Notes under the pieces: generated by a model
Seen by the model: only the letters and a program-made list of their open reading frames with translations
What the model was told of the DNA's origin: nothing
The model's database searches: none
Shown here: positions 51,426 to 64,000 of the stretch, piece by piece
Position numbering within the stretch: the first letter of the stretch is position 1
Layout of the letters: the number at the start of each line of letters is the position of its first letter
Program-made: the position numbers and the translations under genes
Assembly (NCBI GenBank): GCA_030390025.1
Contig: CM059453.1
Span: 310,001-374,000, forward strand
DNA length: 64,000 nucleotides
Direction of reading: 5' to 3'
From: Squalus acanthias
Lineage: Eukaryota

Positions 51426-52311
51426 GTATGATTTAAAATCAAATTCACTTTTATTTTTAGTTGAGTATTGAAAAACATAGTCTCCAGCACTGTTGCTTGT
51501 GTGGATATATCTGTCCCCAACGGTCTAATGCTTCCGTGTTGAGGTCTCAAAACGGTAGCTGCATTTCAAAGTGGGCCGTGCTTATATTCCGTTCGGTATT
51601 GGCGAACGCGTAGCAAGAATTATCAAATTAATCTCGAAGTTATTTTGAACCTAACAATAAATGGCGATATCACTTGCTTGGTAATACTGAGGATCTGTGT
51701 AGAAGCGGCCTTTGAAACAGCGCCAGGCACAAACATTACATGACCCCGCCATTTCCCTTATTCGCTAAGTTTATTAACACAACAGCATCGTTCATAATGG
51801 ATCAGCAACGCAAACTACCATAAATTATGCGCAGAAATGGCCATCAGTCCACATGTAAATTAACCAGCTCCCGCTCAGTGAGAGTCTGCGATTGAAACAC
51901 CGAGAAAGAGAAACAGTATTAGACAAAAGACAGGACCTAGTTTCAGAGCCCCTGTGATACTGCTGTCTTCAGAATGCAATTGCTCTATCGTGTCGCTGCA
52001 GTTCCGGGTCTCGTTTAATGACACGCGGGGGCAATTTATTATTCAAATACCGAAATAGATAGAGTCAGCTGAAATATTTCAGTTCACGTTGGACAAGGCA
52101 GCACATTGTGCAAAGCGATCTGTGTCCGGGAGGCTCTGCAATATTTACTGAACAAAGGAAAAATGGCGTCGAGATAGATTTAAGGAAGTAACTCAGAGGG
52201 TGGAGAGCATGTGGAGCTCGCTACCACAGGGACTGATTGGAGCGAATAGTCTCGATGCATTTAATGGGAGGCTGGGTAGGAATATGAGGAAGTAGGGAAT
52301 CGAGGGTTATA

Positions 52312-55300
52312 GAACATCGAAACATAGAAAAATAGGAGCAGGAGTATGCCATTCGGCCCTTCGAGCCTGCTCTGCCATTCAACATCATCATGGTTGATCC
52401 TCTATCTCAATGCCATATTACCGCTCTCTCCCCATACCCCTTGATGCCTTTTGTGTCTAGAAATCTATCTATCTCCTTCTTAAATATATTCAGTGACTTG
52501 GCCTCCACAGCCTTCTGTGGTAGAGAATTCCACAGGTGCACCACCCTCTGAGTGAAGAAATGTATCCTCATCTCAGTCCTAAATAGACTCATAGAGTCAT
52601 AGAGCTATACAGCACAGAAAGAGGCCCTTCGGCCCATCGTGTCCGCGCTGGCCATCAAGCCCTGTCTATTCTAATCCCATTGTCCAGCACTTGGTCCGTA
52701 GATTTGTATGCTATGGCGTTTCAAGTGCTCATCTAAATGCTTCTTGAATGTTGTGAGGGTTCCTGCCTCTACCATCCTTTCAGGCAGTGAGTTCCAGATT
52801 CCAACCACCCTTTGGGTGAAAAGTTTTTTCCTCAAATCCCCTCTAAACCTCCTGCCCATTACCTTGAAACTATGCCCCCTGGTTAGTGACCCCTCTACGA
52901 AGATAAAGTTAATTTTTATCTACCCTAAGTATGCCCAATATAATATTGTACACCTCAATCAGGTCCCCCCTCAGCCTTCTCTGCTCTGAGGCAACCAACC
53001 CCATTCTGTCCAGTCTCTCTTCATAGCTGAAGCGCTCCAGCCCAGGTAACATCCTGGTGAATCTCCTCTGCACCCTCTCCAATGCAATCACATCCCTCCT
53101 ATAATGTGGAGAATAGAACTGCAGTATTCCAGCTGTGGCCGAAGTAGCGTTTTGTACAGCTCCATCATAACCTCCCTGCTCTTGTATTCTATGCCTCGGC
53201 TAATGAAGGCAAGTTTCCCATATGTCTTATTAACCACCTTATCTACCTGTCCTGCTGCCTTCAGGGATCTATGTACATGCACACCATGGTCCCACTGATC
53301 CTCTGCCCTTCCTAGGGTCCTACCACTCATTGTGTATTCCCTTGCCTTGTTAGTCCTCCCAAAATGCGTCAGCTCACACTTTTTAGGGTTAAATTCAATT
53401 TGTCACTGTTCTGCCCATCTAACCAACCCGTCTATATCGTCCTGTAGTCTGAGGCTTCCCTCCTCGCTATTTACCACTCCACCAATTTTCGTGTCATCTG
53501 CGAACTTACTCATCATACCTCCTACATTCATATCTAAATCATTAATGTACATTACAAACAGCAAAGGACCCAGCACCGAACCCTGCGGTAGACCACTGGA
53601 CACAGGCTTCCAGTCACAAAAACAACCTTTGACCATCACCCTCTGCCTCCTGCCACTAAGCCAATTTAGGATCCAATGTGCCAATTTGCCCTGGATCCCA
53701 TGGGCTCTTACCTTCTTGAACAGTCTCCCATGTGGGACTTTGTAAAAAGCCTTACTGAAATCCATGTAGACAACATCAACTGCACTACCCTCATCCACAC
53801 ACTTAGTCACACCCTCGAAAAATTAAATCAAATTGGTTAGACATGTTCACCCCCTCACAAAGACATGCCTACTCTCCTTGATTAATCCTTGCCTCTCCAA
53901 GTGGAGACTAATTCTGTCTCTCAGAACTTTTTCCAATAATTTCCCTACCACTGATGTTAGGCTCACTGGCCTGTAATTCCCTGGTGTATCCCTACTACCC
54001 TTCTTGAATAATGGTACTACGTTAGCTGTTTTCCAGTCCTCTGGCACCTCCCCTGTGGCCAGAGAGGTTCTGAAAATTTCCCTCAGAGCCCCTGCAATCT
54101 CCTCCCTTGCCTCACACAGCAGCCTGGGATACATCTCGTCAGGGCCTGGGGATTTATCCACTTTTAAGCCCACTAAAACCGCTAGTCCCTCCTCCCTCTA
54201 AATACTAATTTGTTCCAGTATATCACAATCCCCCTGCCTGATTTCTATGCCTACATCGTCCCTCTCCATAGTGAACACAGCTGCAAAATATTCATTTAAA
54301 ACCTCACTTACATCTTCCGGCTCTATATACAGATTGCCACTTTGGTCCCTAATGGGCCCTACTCTTTCCCTGGTTATCCTCTTGCTCTTAATATACTTAT
54401 AAAACACCTTGGGATTTTCCTTTATTTTGCCGGTCAGTGTTTTTTCATGCCCCCTCTTCGCTCTCCTAATTTCTTTTTTATGTACCCCCCTGCACTTTCG
54501 ATATTCCTCTAGGGCTTCAACTGTTTTTAGTCCTTTGTATCTGCTAAAAGACTCCCATTTTTTTCCGAATCCATTCTTGTATATCCCTTGACATCCAGGG
54601 TTCCCTGGGTTTTTTGGTCCCATCCTTGACCTTTACGGGAACATGTTGGCATTGTACTCTCTCTATTTCCTTTCTGAAAGACTCCCACTGCTCTGATGTG
54701 GATTTTCCTACAAGCAGCTTATCCCAGTCAACTTTGGCCAGATCCTGCCTTATCATATTAAAATCGTCCTTCCCCCAATTTAGAACCTTTATTTCCGGTC
54801 CATCTTTGTCCTTTTCCATGACTACCTTAAATCTCACCGAATTATGGTCACTGTCACAAAATGCTGTCCTACTGACACTTCTATCACTTGCCCGGCTACA
54901 TTCCCTAGAATGAGGTCCACTACCGCCCCCTCTCTTGTAGGACTTTCTACATGCTGGCACAAAAAGCTCTCCTGGATGCACTTTAAGAATTCTGCACTCT
55001 CTAAGCCTTTCACATTCTGACTATCCCAGTTAATATTGGGGAAGTTCAAATCTCCTTCTATTATTACCCTATTATTTCTACACTTCTCTGAGATTTGCCG
55101 ACATATCTGTTCCTCAATCTCCCCCTGACTGTGTGGGGGCCTATAGTACACTCCCAGCAAATTGCTTGCCCCCTTTTTGTTTTTAAGTTCTACCCATATG
55201 GCCTCATTAGAGGAACCTGCTAAGATATCATCCCTCCTTACAGCAGTAACTGAATCCTTGATTAATATTGCGACACCCCCTCCTCTTTTACACCCCCGTC

Positions 55301-58300
55301 TGTCTCGCCTGAAGATTCTATACCCCGGAATAATGAGCTGCCAGTCCTGCCCCTCTCTCAACCACGTCTCTGTGATAGCAACAATATCATACCCCCATGT
55401 GTTCATCAACACCTTCAATTCATCTGCCTTACTCGCAAGACTCCTTGCATTAAAATAAATGCCATCCAGCCTTGCCATACTCCCTTGTGCCGTTACATAT
55501 TTGCTCTGCCTTCCAGGCTGACTTGTTTGTTCCTCTATATTTGGCTGTGCATCACCCCCTACTATAGCTCCACTCCGTATCCCATCCCCTGCCAAGTTAG
55601 TATAAACCCCGCCCCCACCCCCCCAACAGTACTAGCATACCTCCCCGCAAGGATGTTGGTCCCGTTCCGGTTCAGGTGCAACCCGTCCAACTTGTACAAG
55701 TCCCACCTTCCCCAGAAGCAGACCCAGTGATCCAGGAAACTAAAGCCCTCCCTGCTGCACCAACTCTTTAGCCACGCATTCATCTGTTCTATCCTCCTAT
55801 TCCAAAAGTCACTAGCACGTGGCACCGGGAGTAATCCAGAGATTACAATCTTTGAGGTCCTGCTTTTTAATCTGCTACCTAGCTCCCTAAATTCTTGTTG
55901 TAGGACCTCATCCCTCTTTCTACCCATGTCGTTGGTACCAATGTGAACCACGACCTCTGACTGTTCGCCCTCTCCCTTCAGAATACCCTGCAGCCGTTCA
56001 GTGACATCCTTGACCCTGGAGGCAACATACCATCCTGGAGTCACGTCTGCGGCCACAGAAAAGTTTATCTGTTCCCCTTACGACAGAATTCCCTACCACT
56101 ATTGCTCTCCCACTCTTTTTCCTCCACTCCTGTGCAGCTGAGCCACTCGTAGTGCCACGGACTTGGCTCTTTTTGCATCCCCCTGAGAAACAATCTCCCC
56201 CAGCAGTATCCAAAACAGAAAATCTGTTGGAGAGGGAGTTGGATCCAGGGGACTCCTGCACTACCTTCCTAGTTCTTTTACTCTGTCTGGCGGTCACCCA
56301 TTTCCTTTCTGCCGGTACACTGTTTACCTGTGGTGTGACCACTTCGTTAAACGTGCTATACACGAAGATCTCAGCTTGCGGATGCTCCCTGACTCACCCA
56401 ACTCGCAGCACTCTGTTTAAAACGCACTTAGTGCAAAATCGCCCTTCAAAGCCTGGTTTTATAGGCCCTGAAACAAAGGAGCATGCTGGGTTCGGCTAGA
56501 GGAGAACCAGTTTAATCTAGTTTCCCTAATTAACTGCCTTCAGCTGCTCTGAATGGTAGGCCTTGTATATCCCTTTATAACCCTGATTAAAGCTGGGAAA
56601 TTTAGATTTTAAACAGTAAACAGTAACAGTAAATGTGAAACAAACAAAAGTTTGATTTTAGCAAACATTTAAGACTCCCTTACTCACCCAACTCGCAGCA
56701 CTCTGTTTAAACCGCACTCAGTGTGTCCTACCCTGTAACCTGAGACTGATCCCTCGTTCTAGACACCCCTGCCAGGGGAAACATCCTCCCTGCTTCCAGT
56801 CTGTCTTGCCCTGTCAGAATTTTATACGTTTCAATGAGATTCCCTCTCATTCTTCTAAACTCTAGTGAATACAGGCCTACTCGATCCAATTTCTCCTCAT
56901 ACAACAGTCCTGCCATCTCAGGAATCAGTCTGGCGAACCTTCGCTGTACTCCCTCTATGGCAAGTATATCCTTTCTTAGGTAAGGAGACCAAAACTGCCC
57001 ACAGTACTCCAGGTGTGGTCTCACCAAGGCCTTGTATAACTGTAGTAAGACTTCCTTGCTCCTGCACTCAAATTCTCTTGCAATGAAGGCCAACTTACCA
57101 TTTGCCTTCCTAACTGCTTCCTGCACCTGCATGTTGCTTTCAGTGACTAGTGTACAAAGACACCCAGGTCTCTCTGTACATCAACATTTCCCAATCTATC
57201 ACCACTTAATAAATACACTGCCTTTCTGGTTTTCCTACCAAAGTGGATAACTTCACATTTATCCACGTTCTACTGCATCTGCCATGTATTTGCCCACTCA
57301 CTCAACTTGTCTAAATCGCCTTGAAGCCTCTTTGCATCCTCCTCGCAACTCACAATCCCGCCTAGTTCCATTTCGTTAGCAAACCTTGAAATAATACATT
57401 TGTTTCCCTCATCCAAATCATTGATCTATTTTGTGAATAGCTGAGGCCAAAGCACTGATCCCTTCGGTACCCCACTAGTCACTGCCTGCCACCCCGAAAA
57501 AGACCCATTTATTCCTACTCTCTGTTTCCTGTCTGTCAAACAATTTTCAATCCATGCCAGTATATTCCCCCAATCCCATGTGCTTTAATTTTGCACACTA
57601 ACCTCTTATGTGGGACTTTATCAAAGGCCTTCTGAAAATCCAAATACACCACATCCACTGGTTCTCCCTTATCTATTCTAGCAGTTACATCCTCAAAAAA
57701 CTCCAGTAGGTTTGTCAAATACGATTTCCCTTTCATAAATCCATATTGACTTTGTCTATTCCCCTTCATATTTTCTTAGTGTCTTGTTATCACATCCTTT
57801 ATAATACACTGTAGCATTTTCCCTACTACTGATGTTAGGCTAACCGGTCTGTAGTTCCGTGTTTTCTCTCTCCCTCCTTTTTTAAATAGTGGGTTCCATA
57901 TGCCACCCTCCAACCTGCAGGAACTGTTCCATAATCCATAGAATTTTGGAAGATGACAACCAATGCATCCACTATTTCCATGGCTGCCTCTTTTAAGTAC
58001 TTTAGGATGCAGATTATCAGGCCCTGGGGATTTATCGGCTTTCAGTCCCATTAATTTCTCCAGCACTAATTTATTGCTAATACTAATTTCTTTTAATTCC
58101 TCCTTCTCACTAGACCCTTGGTTCCCTAGCATTTCTGGGTAGTTATTTGTGTCCTCTTCCGTGAAGACAGAACCAAAGTATTTGTTTAATTGCTCTACCA
58201 TTCCTTGTTTCCCATTATAAATTCTCCCGTTTCTGACTGTAAGGGACCTACATTTGTCTTCACTACTCCTTTTCTTTTTACATACTTGTAGAAGCTTTTA

Positions 58301-58470
58301 CAGTCCACTTTTATGTTCGATGCAAGTTTACTCTCATGCTATATTTTTCCCCTCTTAATCAATCTCTTGGTCATTTTTTGCTGAACTTGAAACTGCTCCC
58401 AATCCTCAGGCTTGCTACTTTTTTCTGGCAACTTTATATGACTCCACTTTGGATCTAATACTACCTCTTT
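52312..58470 (-). mobile_element. CR1 LINE (host) split by a second CR1 insertion
   Basis: 3' end at 52312-52585 resumes at about 56728 with RT peptides. Confidence 0.85.
52586..56727 (-). mobile_element. Near full-length degenerate CR1 LINE (ORF1 SGNH esterase, ORF2 endonuclease-RT)
   Basis: IVVGNSVVRG, VVVHIGTND and DGLHLN (ORF1); YFNARS, ITETWL, YYRPP, GDLN, PQGSVLGP and FADD (ORF2); multiple frameshifts. Confidence 0.93.
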
Positions 58471-59303
58471 GTATCTAATACTACCTCTTTGGATCTAATA
58501 CCAATACAATTAGACGAGGAAGGATGGGGAAAGGCTCAAGAGGAGCATAAACGCCGGCATGGTCTGCTTGGACCGAATGGCCTGTTTCTCTGCTGTGTAT
58601 TCTACGTAATTCTATGTAACATTTTCAGCCAATAGTCCTGCTTCCTGGTTCGAGCCAGACCTGCTATTCTCATGCGAGGTGGAATCGCTTTATGTGATAA
58701 CACATCAACATTAATTATAAGATAGCATCGGGGTAACATAGAGGCCAGTCGCATTTCCGAGGCAGAGTTAACGCGTCCACTAATGCTAAATAACGCAGAT
58801 TAAAATATTTGTTCAGAAGTATTGAATTATAACTACGTTACCGTTTCACTAAGAAAAATATTCCTTTTGAATCGCTGTAGGATCCAATCACATCTGACGT
58901 TACGTTTGCAAACATCTCCCTGTTTGCGCACATCTGACGTTGAGCGGGCTGGGGGAGGGGAGCAGACAGCAAGATGCTGTCAGCCTCCATGTTCCGCTTC
59001 CTCTGACCACACAGGACACAGTTCTCTGCAGCTGAAAGGCTCACAGTGAAGCACAAAGTGTTGGAGATGGTTAAATGCAAAACGACTAAAGAAATAAACT
59101 AGATAAGGAGACACTGGGATAATATGGGGTCGGAAACTCAGCTCAGGGTCAAATAGGACGCCAAGGTTGCGAACGGTCAGCTTCAGACTCAGGCAGTTGC
59201 CAGGGCGAGGGATGAATTCGGTGGATAGGGAACGGAGGGTAAAGGTGGATATTTATCCAGCTGTGTCCGGTCCGGTTTAATATCACACTTTACTCCTGCG
59301 CAG

Positions 59304-59659
59304 GTACCGCTGAGGATGGAGATCATGAAGATGTTCCGGAAGTGATTTTTTCGAACGGGTCCAGTCTGGTTTTGCTGCCTTGTTCCGCGCAGTCTCACAC
59401 CCACATTACACAGATTCAGTGGATATTTGAACCTGCCTCAGGAAACAATAGGAGAGAATTTGTACTATTGATGACAGCACCCCTCAGTGCAGCTCCCCGC
59501 GGTTCCCGCATATAACACTGGCTGAGACTGATGGTTTCAGGACGGGGAATTACTCTCTTTTGTTCACAGCGACAATGGAAGATGCCGGAAATTACAACTG
59601 TTTTCTGTATCCTGAACACCTGAACAAAAGGATGAAAATCCGCCTCATAGTGATTAATG
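59304..59659 (+). pseudogene. IgSF gene 3 V-set exon with one frameshift near 59450
   Basis: LVLLPCSAQ...IQWIFEP in one frame, RICTIDDSTPQC...GFRTGNYSLLFTATMEDAGNYNC in another; canonical ag/gtgagt boundaries; 356 nt. Confidence 0.8.
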
Positions 59660-59974
59660 GTGAGTTACTGAAACCAGTTTATGGTGTAGTTATATGTGTA
59701 TGAAAGTCTCTGACACAAACTGTTTCACCATTTTCCGTATTTGCGCCAATGTTCCGTTAAACACCGGTTCATTAAATACCAGAATTGTGGTCATTTGTTA
59801 CGTGGAAAAACGTAGCATTAAAACACTCAGCAATTTACTCATCTTTATTGAGAAAACTAGAAGAAATCCCGCAGTAAAGTCTCAACCGGTAAAGATCGGT
59901 TCCATTTCTGCAACTTTCCCTCAGCACTTCTGCTCAATACTCACTGGGGTAGAAATTTACTTCAATGGAGCTGA

Positions 59975-61485
59975 ATATCGGGCGGCGGGTGTAACAGGCG
60001 GCCAATACATTACCACACGTTCTACGCTGTCGTTTAAGATGAATTTCCAGCCCACAGGCTCGGTCTACTGAGGTTCCAATATGGCGGGCAGGAAACGTGT
60101 GTACATTTGTGACTGGAAGTGCGCCGCCTGGCATATTGGGTAAGAGCGAACTAGAAGCGTCCTTGACCCATGCCTGAAACAGGTGTTAGGCTCTTTGCAT
60201 TTGTTACTTTGAGGCCCCCTCTGTAAGATTGGTTTATCATGAGGCAGCCAGGGCCCTCACCAGATGCACTCTTCGAAACCAGCTCTAGGTGTTGCCTGCA
60301 ACAAAGAAGCTAACAAATAAAAGTCCCCAAATTAAAGGAACCCATCGCACCTCCGACGCCCCCCTCCCCGTCGCTCCAAACCCGACCTGCTGATCCCGGG
60401 ACCCTGACCCCCTACATCCTAGATCCAGGCCCTGATCCCTGACTAAGTTCAATCCCTGATCTGAGGCCCAGACCTCTATCGTCGAGCCCCAACCATGGCT
60501 GTGAACCCGATCACCGATCCATGCCCCCATCCCCGATTCTCGACTCCGGCCCCAATCTCCGACATTTGAAACAGGCCATTTTCACCGAATGCAGAACCCC
60601 GTCCCAAACCCAGACCCCTGACCCCAGCTTCAATCCCCGATACAAGCCCAGACCCCTGATCCCCGACCAAGGCAAGGATTCCCGAACCTGGTCTTCACCG
60701 GCGAGCTCCTTCTGGAACCCAGCATGTGCCTGCAGCACATTGGTCTGACATTAATGAGGTCCATGGCCAGATGGGCCTACCTGTTTAGAGGTTGTGCCTG
60801 TCCTGATAGAGTAGTTATTATGCACTGTGTAATAGTGGTGAGTATGAGGAGAAGGAGCCAAAGTGGTTTGGTGCATTGATTTCAGGAGAGTGAAGGGAAA
60901 CGGGGTGGTTGTATTGTGAGTATTTTAAATAATGTTGCTGGTAATGGTAGAGCTGTGAGCGTAGAGAAAGAGCAGTATCGATACCTTGACAACTCTCGTG
61001 AGGCCATTGAAGTTCTTTCAGCATGGGAGCCACGTGCTGGGATGTACGTTCCTTGCCTTGATCTCTTCAGCGACCTCTCCTCACTGGCGGTGGAGGTGTT
61101 TGGTGAACAGGATGTCCCTCCTCCCGTCCACTGTCTGCATTAGTGCCACCAACGTGACATTGGAGAACCTTGGGGCCCTACCTGGCTCGCTTTCAGCAAT
61201 ATTATCCCTCTGACAACGTTTCCCGCTGTCTGTAGCCAAAGTGCACCTCCCTTTTAAGAGTTGCTGACTGCCTTTAAGGGGCGTGAGACACACTCGTTTT
61301 CGGGACCTAACCCGAAACACGAAAAATGCCACTAAACAGCGGGGAAGCGCTGCCGTCACGTGAATCATTTAATGAGTTCCGAGCACGAATTTAAGGTGGT
61401 GCCTGGGACTATGTGACGTGGCGCATGCAGCATGTGCGCCTGCCCCCTGTGCGCTCGTGTTCGGCTGCGAATGCAGTTCTGGGCC
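59975..61485 (-). mobile_element. Harbinger-derived element with Myb/SANT-like remnant
   Basis: RAPRFSNVTLVALMQTVDGRRDILF and KNFNGLTRVVK on the minus strand; boundaries approximate. Confidence 0.55.
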
Positions 61486-61540
61486 AAAATTTAATCTGTG
61501 GTGTCTTTTGTCAGTTTAACCAGTTATCCTCTTCCCACAG

Positions 61541-61846
61541 TGTCTGTGACCCCAAACGGCCCGATTCCCCTGGGAACCTCCATAAATCTGACCTGTGAGA
61601 TGTCCGACCCATCATATTTCAACAGTATCGATTGGAGCATTGAAAATACCCAAGTAACTGCGAAAGGGAATAGAATCCAGTGGAAACTGAACAACGCGCT
61701 AATTCATAAAGACAAGCGGCACACGTTCGATTTCAGAAGTTTAAACATCAGCAATTTTCAACTCCACGATGCGGGACGCTACACATATACCGTAAGATTG
61801 AAGAATGGAAAGTTTTGCTCTTATAGCCGTCTCTTGGAGATATCAG
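61541..61846 (+). CDS. IgSF gene 3 C2-type exon (F-strand Cys replaced by Tyr)
   Basis: cttcccacag acceptor, G|gttagt donor; VSVTPNGPIPLGTSINLTCEMS...W...LNISNFQLHDAGRYTY. Confidence 0.8.
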
Positions 61847-62708
61847 GTTAGTCCGCATCTCAAACAATACTTCCATTTGCCTGCGATGATTGATATCAAT
61901 AACTCCCCAGTTTCACTGTTAGAAAAGTGAAGTTGGCAGCCGGCTCTTTCCTGCATGGTGCTGAGCTCCCCGAGTGCATTCAGCCGACTGGTGAGTCTTC
62001 CATTTCACACCGCACTTGAGCAATGAGGAGGGAGAAACAGCTTCGAGGAGTCAGGAGGTGATCCAAATCACCGCACAGAACCCAGCCTCTGCCCTCCTCC
62101 TGGATCCACAGTGGTCTGTTTAAGCTTCCGGTCAGTGATGACTCCCAGAATGCTACCAGCCGGCTGGGAAATGGTGGTGCTGTTGAAGGTCATGGGGAGG
62201 CAATGATCATTCTCTTGTTCCATTTCAATAGGTCAACACCTCAGTTTGATTATTTGGCAGAGTAATATCAATTAATGAGTTTCGTGCCCGAAATGTAACC
62301 TGAGCTGTTTTATGCTGATCTGTTCTCTGAGATAGTAGAGCCTGAGCACGTTCTAAACTCTATTGGACACCCTGGAACCTTGCTTAAAAAGGCTTCAAAT
62401 CCAAAGATTACAATCCTTATCTCCAGAAACCAATGTTTGTGTATATGTTTTAGTCTGTTCTTCAGATGCAGATGACGCTGGTAAGACCGTGTTTATTGCC
62501 CATTCCTAGTTGCCCCAAGGCAGTAAGATTCAACCACCTAGTAAGGGACTGGAGTCACATGTAGGTCCTTCCCTGAAGGACATGAGTCAATCATTTGGGT
62601 TTTCATCATGTATGGAGAGCTTCCATCAGTTTGGTGTCAATTTTCAGCCCCAGTGTCTATTTTGTTCAAATTGGTTTACTCATATTAATGTTTTCATATT
62701 TTTTATCG

Positions 62709-62759
62709 GAACTGCACCAACCTCTCTCACTACAGAGAATCCGCGGACAGGAAGATCAG
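62709..62759 (+). CDS. Possible stalk exon of gene 3 (acceptor reads CG)
   Basis: Long T tract, GTAPTSLTTENPRTGRS, donor CAG|gtgaaa, phase 1 to 1. Confidence 0.35.
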
Positions 62760-62944
62760 GTGAAACTTTTCTTTCATGAAATCCACGTTTCCTTTGTGCT
62801 TCTTGCTGTCGTGTAGCTGATTTCACCAGCAGAGAGCAGAGTGAAAAGGCTGAGGTGATTTGCAGTGAACAGGTTGTTGCATTCACGAACAGTACCCAGA
62901 GGAAGTGTGTGTAGGTGTTAATTATAAAGTGAGCAGAAAAGAAC

Positions 62945-64000
62945 CAGTCAGGAAAGCGAGACTTTCTAACATAGACCAGTCCCTTTAGACATGACCAGTT
63001 ACTGGGGAAAGAGGGAGCTGTTCCGTTGGGACAGGCTCCACTTAAACTGGGCTGGGACCAGTGTCCTGGCGAACCGAATAACTAGGGCAGTAGACAGGGC
63101 TTTAAACTAGTGAAGGGGGGGAGGATTAAGGAAAGAGTAAATTTAAAAGCAGCGAGAGAAATGTCAAGACTCTCGAGCAGAGTAGAGTTTTGGGTAAATA
63201 TAAGCAGAGTGTGTCAGGAAGGGACAGAGTGTGTAACTAAGGTAATAAGGCATCAGTGACTAACGTGACAGCAGGGTAACATAGAAATAAGTCAAAGCTA
63301 AAGGCACTATATCTGAATGCGCAAAGCATTCACAACAAAATAGATGGATTAATAGCGCAGATAGAAATGAACAGGTTTGATCTAATAGCCATAACGGAGA
63401 CGTGGTTGCAAAGTGGCCAAGGTTGGTAACTAAATATTCCAGCATACTTACATTTTAGAAGAGATGGGCAAAATGGAAAAGGAGGAGGGGTAGCCCTGAT
63501 AATAAAGGATGGTATAAAGACAGTAGAGAGAAAGGAACTTATCTCCGAAAATCAAGAAGTAGAACCAGTTTGGGTGGAGCTAAGAAACAGCAAGGGGCAG
63601 AAAACATTGCTGGGTGTTGTTTATAGGCCCCCAAACAGTAGTTGTAATGTAGGGCAGAGTATAAATCAGGAAATTAGAGGCGAATGTAACAAGGGTAATA
63701 CAGTGATCATGGGGGACTTTGATCTACATATAGACTGGGCAAACCAATTTTGTATTAATAGTGTGGAGGACGAATTCATGGAATGTATGCAGGATAGTTT
63801 TCTAGATCAGTATGTTGAGGAACCAACTAGGGAACAGGCTATTTTAGATCTAGTATTGTGCAATGAGAAAGGGTTAATTGATAACCGTCTAGTAAAGGGG
63901 CCTTTAGGGAGGAGTGACCATAGTATGACAGAATTTTATATTCAGTTTGAAAGTTATTTATTTAAATCCGAAACTAGGGTCTTGAATATAAAAAAGCAAA
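62945..64000 (+). mobile_element. Degenerate CR1 LINE (end of ORF1, ORF2 endonuclease)
   Basis: YLNAQSI, AITETWL, VYRPP, MGDF and SDH motifs. Confidence 0.9.

Overview
Repeat-rich vertebrate genomic DNA, almost certainly from a cartilaginous fish (SacSINE1/DeuSINE-type SINEs, shark-type CR1, L2, Penelope and Harbinger repeats), with one assembly gap (21296-21495). Most ORFs in the supplied track are spurious or derive from repeats. Manual exon reconstruction shows a cluster of immunoglobulin-superfamily receptor genes, all on the + strand. (1) A complete 8-exon Siglec-like inhibitory receptor (1963-15910, 543 aa: leader, V-set, 3 C2-set, TM, two ITIMs and a distal ITSM-like motif). It lacks the canonical sialic-acid-binding Arg and has a non-AG acceptor on one Ig exon. 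(2) A decayed paralogous remnant (about 24.0-25.6 kb). (3) An intact 5-exon TM plus cytoplasmic module (41945-44453) encoding a YINV motif and a canonical split-exon ITAM; I could not find its ectodomain exons. (4) A leader/V/C2/stalk IgSF gene (51374 to at least 62759) carrying a frameshift and other lesions, with CD4/LAG3/G6F-like features. Other notable elements: a Harbinger-type MITE family with a covarying internal hairpin, a truncated env-bearing LTR element, three-level nested CR1 LINEs and several minisatellites.
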